From the NCBI RefSeq assembly GCF_000143415.4, contig NW_003314261.1, positions 2,243,266 through 2,307,265 on the forward strand: a DNA stretch of 64,000 nucleotides, written 5' to 3'. How positions within the stretch are numbered: the first letter of the stretch is position 1; every line of letters begins with the position of its first letter. Below are positions 31,139-40,800 of this stretch, in pieces. This DNA is from Selaginella moellendorffii. Taxonomy: Eukaryota; Plantae; Lycopodiophyta. The notes under the pieces were generated by a model, which saw only the letters and a program-made list of their open reading frames with translations, had not been told where the DNA came from and ran no database searches. The translations under genes were made by a program, and so were the position numbers.

Positions 31139-34100
31139 AGTCTGAGATGGACCCGAGATGGAGTCCGAGATTGTCGCGAATGTGACTTCAGGTATTGGAA
31201 GTTACCTGTCGACCAGTCCTTACGGACACTTTTACCTTACTGCCACGATAGCAGGAGGTCGGTATTGCTGAACCCTTTATCAGCCCCTCTTATTCAAGTG
31301 TTAGTAAACTGGACTTTGCATCTGTACTTGGCCGGATGAGCATAAGGACGGAATTCTTAAGTGTCTATTCAACCAAGCATACTTGGCTTGGCTTTTTAGT
31401 TCTCTTTTGCTATGTCTTGCACTGGTTTGACAAGAACCCTTGTGTATTGAGATTAGTCTTTCAATATCACTAGATGATACCTTACTGTGTTTGCCAAACA
31501 CCTTCGCTATCATGCCCTTTGTGTTAGTCTCATTTCGGTCCTAAATGCTATTTATGGAAAGTGTCTAGATTTGCTCATTTGGCATATCTATGGAATGTAG
31601 AGATTGTTCTAAACACAATGGTGTTCGTCCCGTGTCCAAATTTGCAATCTAGGAACATTCCATATTTAGTAAGTTTTGAGTTTGTCCCAGAGACTAACTC
31701 CTGATACTAAGGGAGGCTTGNNNNNNNNNNNNNNNNNNNNNNNNNNNNNNNNNNNNNNNNNNNNNNNNNNNNNNNNNNNNNNNNNNNNNNNNNNNNNNNN
31801 NNNNNNNNNNNNNNNNNNNNATGGCTGACTAACCTGAGGCATAATCTAGCTCTTGCGTGTTTGTCCTTGTTTTGCGTCTGGCTTGGGTCTAAGCCCAAGT
31901 TCCATTCCATGCTAGCTGGTGGAGTACCCATGTCCTCACGTTAAGCCACCAATATGCCGAAATAGCACCAGACTTTGTTTGGCTCTGTTTTACATGCTGG
32001 TACTGGCATTGGGATGCTGGTTGCTCCAGGACTGTTCCAAGTTGCTCTGGGCTTCTATCCCTTTGCTCCTTGGGCTGTATGCTTGGGAGTTGCTCCGTGG
32101 TACGGTTCCATCACTCTTTGACTTCATGCTTGGGAGTTTGGCACCGTTCCTTTGTTTAGTGGCCCAAGACCCTGAACCTTGGGTTTTGCACCACTGTCCT
32201 TTGGACACGTGGCATGTGTCACTGGCATAAAGAGGGTTTAGGGTCCGCTTTGTGGTGTTATCCTATGGTAAATCACTATAGGATAAAGGGTCAAAACCAT
32301 ATTTGGTATCAGAGGATGAGTCTTGGCGAGTACTATCCAATAAGATTGGGCAACTAGTCTCATTGCATACGCAGAGATGAAAACGATGATCCAAGTGGGT
32401 ACACGTTTGGGTGCAAAAGGCTTTGCAATTGTTCCTTGGGTATGGTTTTTGTTACCTTTTTGTACCGTATTGTATGAGCTTGCTCTTGGGCTCATAAGAT
32501 GGTTTGAGATGTTCCATTTGCACGAGTTTGAGCTTGGGCTCGTGAGTGAGGCACATTAGCAACTTGAGGATACACTTTGAGTTGGCAAGATTAATATTAG
32601 CCTATCAGTGGTTCTGTGAGTTGTTCCATGTACCATGGGTGAAAGTAAACCTTCCCTAGGTTTGCTATGAGTGGTGAATAGGCTAGTCTGTAGCTGTTTA
32701 GCACGGCACTAGTGGATTCTTCCTAGGCATGGTTACAAGTGGATCAATCAAAATCATAAGGATTAGTCTATTGGTTCAAGTAGTCATTGCCGTTCTCTCT
32801 CATAAACTTTCCTTACATTGGACTAAAGGCAGTGCAAAAGCAAGCTTGAGGTTTAGTCAAAGATAAGACCAAAAAGAGAGTTGTCAGGGACGAAGGATCA
32901 AACACGTAAATCATCTTCTCTTATTGGAGAGATAATTTGCAACGATGTGTTAACTCATTGTTTGTATTCATATTATGCAATCAAGAGTTTCTACCTTGAT
33001 GCATCTTGGAGATGATGGTCTTAGAAATAGTGAGTTGTGGAATGGATAGTGGTGAAGTGCTAAACCATTTTGTCTAGACTTGTTATTGGAAGATTTAAGT
33101 TACAATGATCAATTCTTTTCTAGGGAACCTTGTTATTACTCTTTGAGTAGCTTGGTGTTGGATTAGTGTTGAGTTTGGTCGGAAAGAGAGTGGCATGAAC
33201 TTGTCCATGTTGTGAACAAAAGTTAGTGGTGTTCAGTGTTGTAAATCTCTATCGGTGGAGTGTGGCATTTACGTTGCATTTTGTCGAATCGAGTTGGCAC
33301 TTAATAGACACATAAACCTTTGTAGTAATGACGTGGGAGCTGCTCATGGTGTTGCTCATGGTGTTGCTCAATTGATGATCAAATCATTGTGATTTTTATA
33401 TCATATCCATGTGATAATGAACAATGTGTTTACGAAGTTGCTTGGTTAAACGATGATCAACCCTAAAGTGGTTGGTAGTAATGCTAGTCTACTTACACGA
33501 AATAGCATTGTAGTATCTTTGACTAAATTCTCAATGGTGGATCAATTATGCTAAGCTTATGTTAGTATGTTGTTTCCTTAAGGGTTTGCCCATAAGGTGT
33601 TGGAAGAGGGTTGTAGCATTCACTTGCTATAGCTTGTCGGTTGATTCATTAATACTTGGAGTAGATTGTTAGATGGAGAAGATGTATAGTTGAGGCATTA
33701 ACATCGCTAGCATTTGTGTTAGTGGAAGTGGCATTGTTATTTCTAATGATAAGGATTTTCCTTAGAGCTTGATTTTCTATGTCATTTTTTGTTAGTGTTT
33801 GGGCTTCACATTGGATCTTGAAGGTGGTTGAAGAAGAGTGTTAGTGCAATGTGAATATCTGAAGATATGGTCTTTGTGATCAAGCTTTGGATGCTCATTT
33901 TGCATTTTGCGGATGTCGGTGTTGAATATCGGAAAAATGGGCAAAGATGTTCGATGTTTAGCATACTATGGGTCTTGAGAATTTGTATTAAGGTGAATCT
34001 ATGTGAAGTTGTTAGTAGGAAGAAGTTGATTAAGTCTTGAAAGTTTGCATTCCTAGACTGAGAGTCATTCTTTCTCTAGGATGGAAAATTTTCCACAAAT

Positions 34101-35149
34101 TTTCTTAGACTTTTCCAATGGCTAATCTATTGATCACTTTGTCCGAAAACCATTTTGTTTTTTGTAAACCACTACAAACTAGTGAAGGGGTAGGAGTTGA
34201 CTTCAGTTGGCTTAGACCTTAGTAGGTAGTTTGTATGATGCAGCCCGAAAGGGATGCTGACTTTTGGAGCTAAAACAATTGAGTTGGATAGAGTCTGGAG
34301 TTGGTGTAGAAACGTAGTTGTTGCACTTTTCTAAAAAAGTGACCCTTATGCCTTTCTTCTAGTGTTGTGCTTCATGGTAGGTTGCACTTTGTATTTTGTT
34401 AAGACTCTATGAGAGTAGTGAGTTCTCACTGATCTTGATTTAGTCTTAGTAGCCCTACACCTTGGCTTAGGATGGTGATGTCCAACTTAGTTGTTTGAGG
34501 TTGAGATGTTGATACCTGTACTATAGCTTTGTTTAAGTGGAGGTTGTGTACCGATATGAATCTATCTCGTGGTCTTCACTTTTGTTTCGACTGAGTGTTG
34601 ATCATGCATAGCTAGCCTCTTCAAGGCATGCTCAAAGCTATTGGCTAAATGTGTTGTGAGCTTATCGCGGTTGAGTTGGATTTGAGTGGTCATTTAGTTT
34701 GTGCTTGTCCATGAACCTTTATCTCATACCTGGGGTATTACATTCATGTTGGCCAAGCATATAACTTAGTGGCGTGAGTTTAGTGTTTGGTTCTTGTGAA
34801 AGCAAGTTGAAGAGTGATTGTTGATTGCTTTGCGACTAGTGATTGCTTGTAGACTTCATCGAGGACTATTGACACTTGCTTCACTCGATGAAGATTTAGC
34901 AGTGGTGGGCTTGCTTTACCGGATGGTGTTGCGGAGGATCGTATTATTAGACTTACATGGGTTATCCATGTTGGCATGTCGACTCTACCTCTATCGATAT
35001 CATTTGGTTGTGTTTAGTTTATGGTGTTGGATTTCATTGAGTCTTGGACGTGGTGATTCACTCCTTGATAAAGTGTTATATGTAACTGAGTTTTGCTGAA
35101 GGATTGGTCTCAGATACTTGTAAGCCACAAATTTTTCCTTTCCAATATG

Positions 35150-35436
35150 ATGCTTTATTTCGTTAAAGTGGAACTTATTCAGTAAAGTGGGACATTAATT
35201 AGCATGTGTCCACATGCCATTTCCTAGTACTTAATTAATATTTATTAATATTTCTATCAGTTTTTTAATTTATTTTTTATATTTCACAATATTATAACAC
35301 AAAATCATATGAAAAGTTTTTAATTTATAAATTATAAAGCTAAAACTTCAATTTTTTATTGTTGTTATAAAAATGGCATGTGGCCACACACCATAAGTGG
35401 GATAATGAAAAGTTCCACTTTAACGAAATAAAGCAT
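35150..35436. mobile_element. 287-bp MITE-like insertion in the 3' LTR of element B
   Basis: Perfect 27-bp TIR ATGCTTTATTTCGTTAAAGTGGAACTT, flanked by TATG on both sides, AT-rich core; absent from the sister LTR near 41821. Confidence 0.9.
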
Positions 35437-37344
35437 TATGCCAGCTTACCTCGCCTATCCGACCAACTCTGCCTTGGCTTGTGCTAAGTTCCCTCGCCAA
35501 GGTTCTCGCCCATGGTACCAGCTCCTACTTGGTTTCAGCTACTTACTGCACGAGCAACGGAGTGTTAGCCATCCATCTACGGATTCCCAAATCTCTCCCA
35601 ATCCCCCTCCCCGGGTTAGACTGGACTTAAGGTTCGGCTACACTCCCCGCAGGCACAAGCAGCCAAGCACACCAAGCCTCCAGATTCCTAACACCCCTTG
35701 GTACCACAAGACTTGATCATGGGACCCTCTAAATCCCAAGCCTTGGGTGCAGCACTTGCTTTGGGACGTCGGGGCGAAACACCGTGGCCTAACGGCCCAG
35801 TATGGGTACCTCTACCCCCCCTCTTCCATCCCGAAGGGAAGGCCCAAGCCCCTGGAAGGGCGAGGACCAATGAGCCACAAGGTACTCAAGTGGGGCACCA
35901 CTCCACCTGAGCCGGGAGCACCGCAGTCGGTTTCCCTTTCGGGAGTGGGAGCTGCTCTTGAGCACTTCCTTGGATGGCCCCTCCGGCACCAGCCAAGTCC
36001 ATGCTCACTCCCACCCAAGGCCCCTCGGTCCCAGTCCCAACCTCAAGTTGGTTTGGAAGCCCAACTGGAGAGTCCCTTCAAAACTGGTTCCTGGACCTCG
36101 CTATCCCTACTATACTTTTGGAACCCCCTGCAACCCCCCCCGCCCCTGGGAGATGCACGCTTTGGGCTTTCACCCCTTGACCCGTATTAGTATTTAGACT
36201 TAGTCTCTGGCTCGATCTCGGACCCGATTTCGGATCCGACTTCGGATTCGGTCTCGGACTCGATTTCAGACTCGATCTCGGACCCGATCTCGGACCCGAC
36301 CTCGGACTCGACCTCGGACTCGGTCTCGGACCCGATTTCGGATCTCGGACTCCGTCTCGAACTCGGTCTCGAACTCGGACTCGAACTCGGTCCCCGAGTC
36401 GGTCTCAGACTCGATTCCGGACTCTATCTCGAACTCGGTCCTAGAGTCGGTCTTGGACTCGATCCTCGACTTGGTCCCATCCGATGAACTTTTTGTCATT
36501 TTGGTCAAGCTTTTGGGGATCCTTTAGCCTACGACATCTCGGGGAGTCGGTTCCTTACAACTCCACCACCCATAGAAGAAGTTCGATGCCCACATCGAAC
36601 GTCTCGTTTTATCCTACGACTTGTTGACCATGTCTTCGGGGGCATCCCCCCACTTAGCGGTGTGCCTAAGTTAGCCTCCCCGGCCAAGAGCCCATGACAA
36701 CGGAATATAGGTGTCCCCATACTCCTCACCTCACCACGCCCTAGTATGGGGTCGGGACTTGAACCCAGCCTTGCTTTACTAGGGGGTTGGGACTCGAACC
36801 CAACCTCCATAGAATACGTCTACGGATTCGACATCCCCGCGGGGAGTCGGGCGTAGTGCCCTACGCTTGGTCGACCTATCCAACCCATGCTAATTAGCTT
36901 ACCTTTGGCGCGCCTTCGGGTCCCAACATATGCCACTTGCTCAACTTTGCAAATTGATATTTTTAATTGAATTTTGCATAAGTATATAGAGTTCTGCCTT
37001 GCAGAAATTCATCCACTAGATCTCGCGCGTTCGCTAGGTTCTCCTCCGGTTCCCATGTTGCTTCGCAGTGGGGAAATCCTCTCCACTTCACATGGAACTC
37101 TCTCACCTCGCGTCCTTGTCACTTGCTCTTGCGCGCATTGAGGATGGCCTCGACTTCGTATTCCTCTTCCCCTTGGATAACCTCAGGTAAAGGTCTCACT
37201 TGGTCCTTGCGAAGCGGATCCTCAAAGTACGGCTTGAGTAAGTTCACGTGGAACACTGGGTGCATCTTCCCCATCTCTCGAGGAAGTCAGAGTCGGTAAG
37301 CCACTTTACCGATTCGTGCCTCAATCTCGTAAGGCCCCGCGAAC

Positions 37345-37396
37345 CTGCTTAAGGAACTCAAGATCAATTCATTTACAGGAATACATGCATCTTTAC
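37345..37396 (-). other. Putative 52-nt GT-AG intron in the integrase GPY/F region
   Basis: caa ag|GTAAAG...TTCCTTAAGCAG|g ttc gcg ggg cct tac: removal restores KLTQRFAGPY in frame (phase 2). Confidence 0.82.
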
Positions 37397-37814
37397 CTTT
37401 GGGTCAACTTTCGGCTGATCCCACTTGGTAGTCTGAGGTTCTTGGTGTTCAGCCACACCTTCTCCCCAGCTTGGAACTCTACATCCCGACGCTTCTGGTT
37501 CGCGTATTTGGTTTGCCTTTGTTGAGCCCGTTCCAAGGAATCCCTCACTAGATTCCAAATGCTGAGTCTTTCCGCCGTGAATGCCTCCACTGCGGGCAAC
37601 TCTCCATGATACTCGGCCACGTTGAGTTCCACAGGACCTTCAATAGCTCGCCCATTGATGACTTCCCATGGACTCACCCCGATACTCGAATGTGGTGAGT
37701 TGTTATAACACATTTCCGCAAGTCCCAAATGACTTACCCAATCGGTCTGGTCTCCCGAGACATAGCATCGCAAATAATCCTCCAGCTGCCTATTCACCCT
37801 TTCCGTTTGTCCGT

Positions 37815-37860
37815 CTGTCAAGAAGTGTTAGTGCCAACAACTTGACTTAATACCCCATAC
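37815..37860 (-). other. Putative 46-nt GT-AG intron in the retrotransposon integrase core
   Basis: cag aca g|GTATGG...CTAAC...TTCTTGACAG|ac gga caa acg gaa: removal restores HPQTDGQTER in frame (phase 1). Confidence 0.8.
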
Positions 37861-40800
37861 CTGTCTGTGGGTGATAGGCTGTGCTGAATTTCAACTTGGT
37901 GCGATACTGTTCGAGGAGAGTCCTCCAGAACCTACTGGTGAAGATCTTATCTCGATCTGAGATGATCTCTTCTGGTCTTCCCCGCACTCGAACCACTTGC
38001 TCGAAGAACAGCTTCGCCACACCTTCCGCATCCAATTTTGTTGTGGTGGGTATGAAATGTGCCATTTTCGAAAATCGGTCCACCACCACGAATATCGCAT
38101 CAAACCCCTCGCTTGGGGGGAGTCCCGTGATGAAGTCCATTGTAAGACATTTCCACGGGCGATCCGGAATTGGGATGCTTTGCAACAAGCCCCCACTAGC
38201 CTTAGTCACAGCTTTTACCTGTTGACATGTTGGACATGTCTTTACTTAGTCTTGGACGTCCTTAGCCATATCTGGCCAATGGTACTTCCTTTTGAGTAAG
38301 CCCATCGTTTTGGGCACTCCACCGTGTCCCGCAAGAGGTCCGTCATGACACTCTTCTAAGGCCACCTTCCTTAGTTCCCCTTCTGGAACATACACCCTCG
38401 TTTGCTTGTAATAAATGAGTCCGTTGCGTTCCGCATAGCCCGTTTTCTCTTCCGTTGGCAACTCACCTCTCTGGTGAGCTTCCCGCGCCTCTAGATTCCT
38501 CAGCAACACTTCCTGTGCTAGACCATCGTTCTCATATGCTGTCCGCACATCGTCCCAGAAGGTTGTTGTTGCGCTGGATATTGCCAACCTCAAGCTCGCT
38601 TTTCGACTTAGCGCATCCGCCACGATGTTGCTCTTCCCAGGCTTGTACAGAATTTCGCAATCAAACTCGGCCAAGGCATTGGCCCACCGACCTTGTTTCC
38701 CTCTTAGGTCGGGCTGTGACAAGAAGTGTTTCGTTGCCACATTGTCCGTGTAAACCTTGAAGTGTCTCCCAAGGTAGTGTCGCCACTCCTTGAGTGCCTT
38801 GACCACCGCAAACAATTCCTTCTCGTGGGCAGGCCACTTCCGTTGAGCCTTGTCCAGCTTCTTCGAGAAGAACGCTACCGGATGGTTGTCTTGCTTCAAA
38901 ACTGCGCCCAACGCAAAGTCTGAAGCATCCGTTTCTACCTCAAAGTCCTTACCAAAGTCTGGTAATGCCAATACGGGAGCCTTCCTCAACTTCCCTTTGA
39001 GGTGGACGAATGCCGCCTCGCATTCCGCTGTCCACACCATCTTCCCTTTTCCTGTTTGGTCCGTTAAGGGCAGGGCTACTCTCGAATAGTGTCTGATAAA
39101 CTTTCGATAGTAGTTGCATAGCCCCAGGAATGCCCTCAACTCGTGTACATTGGATGGTCGCTCCCATTCCTGGATCGCTTGGACCTTCTCCGGGTCCACC
39201 TTAAGCCCGTCCTGGCCCACCACATGCCCGAGAAACTTTACCTCTTGTTGAGCAAAGTCACATTTGCTCTCTTTAGCATACAGCTTGTGTTCCCTTAGTT
39301 TCTCAAACACCTTCGCCAAGTGTTCGGCATGCTCCTCTAGCGTCTCGCTATAGATTAGGATGTCGTCGATATAGACGACCACGAAGTGATCCAGATAGGG
39401 TACAAAGATGTGGTTCATTAGCGCCGAAAACGTTGCCGGCGCATTACATAGCCCGAAGGGCATCACCAGAAACTCAAAGCTCCCATACCTCGTTCGACAG
39501 GTTGTCTTCTCAACATCTTCCTCGGCTACCCTGATCTGGTAGTATCCTGACCTTAGGTCAATCCTCGAGAAGTATTTTGCCTTTCCCAACCTATCGAACA
39601 GGTCCTCAATCCTTGGCAAAGGGTACTTGTTCTTCTTTGTATACTTGTTGAACAAGCGGTAGTCTATGCACATGCACATAGATCCATCTTTCTTTTTCAC
39701 AAATAACACTGGTGCCCCATACGGCGACTTGCTCAACCTAACATACCCTTTGTCCACCAACTCCTCTAGTTGGCACTTGAGCTCCTTGAGTTCTTTTTCA
39801 TTCAAACGATAAGGGGGACGAACCACTACCTCAGCACCCTCAACCAGCTCAATCTTATGTTCTATCGGTCGTGCTGGGGGTAGCCCCGCCGGTAGCTCCT
39901 CCGGCATGGTATCCTGGAATTGGTCCAACACCCGTTGGATCACTAAAGGTACTTCTTCCATTCCTGTCTTTTTGTCACTCTTCACCGAGAGTAAGCACAA
40001 AAAGGCCGCCTTAGTTCCTTTAGTGAGTTGACCTCTCGTGGACACTAGGTTTAAGCAGGAATCTTTGGCCTTGCTTTGCCCTACCTTTAGATCTTGGGCC
40101 TCCACCCTAGATCTTCTTCCTTGGGCATTCGCCAGTACCACAAGGTTTCTACCTTGTCCATGCAGGGCTACCATGAATCGATTGAACCAGTCCATTCCGA
40201 AGATCACGTCAAATCCCGCCATGTCCAACACGGTGAAGTCCATATCCACCTTCCAAGTCCCCACTTCGACTCTCGCTTGTCGAAGTACCTCATTGGTGCT
40301 TTGGCTACCTTGAACAAACTCTATAGTCCTTGGTTCGCCTAGCCGCTGCACCGTTAGTCCGGCTTGCCGGACTATGTCTGCAGCCACAAAATTATCCGAA
40401 GCACCTGTGTCAATAAGGATTTTAACAAAGCTACCTCCGAGCTTCCCTCGGAGGGCTAGTAGATGTCGCGAACGACTCTCTACCAAAGTTGCTCGTGTAA
40501 TGAGTAACTTTGAGTTAGGGACTGGATCACATACCTCTATTTGGACTTCACCCGACTTGATGGCCATATTGGCTCTGGCCTTCTTCGGGTAGGGACATTC
40601 CCTTGAGAAGTGTCCCGCTTCACCGCAGTTGTAGCATACGTTGTTTCCCACGCTGCTATATGACTTGACCTTCTTATCCGTGGGTTTGTCTCTTTTTGCC
40701 TGACTCCCCCACGTACTCGCTCGCTGGCCACCGGATCTGCCTTTCCGGAACCCCGAGGACTCATTCTTAGAGAAACTCTTCTTGAATTTCCCTCTGCTAA

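Noticed and set aside
36200-36480. CRISPR-like or protein-repeat reading of the CTCGGACTCGAT arrays (also 42590-42860, 46266-46550, 54580-54840, 55670-55905)
   Set aside because: Short degenerate tandem repeats inside LTRs, with no unique spacers. The ESEMESE/RDRVRDRV ORFs are by-products.
38246-38248. Programmed readthrough at the TAA ending the 1162-aa ORF
   Set aside because: It sits at a normally aromatic position of the integrase zinc-finger region (DVQD-Y-VKTC) and other point stops exist downstream, so a nonsense mutation is simpler.
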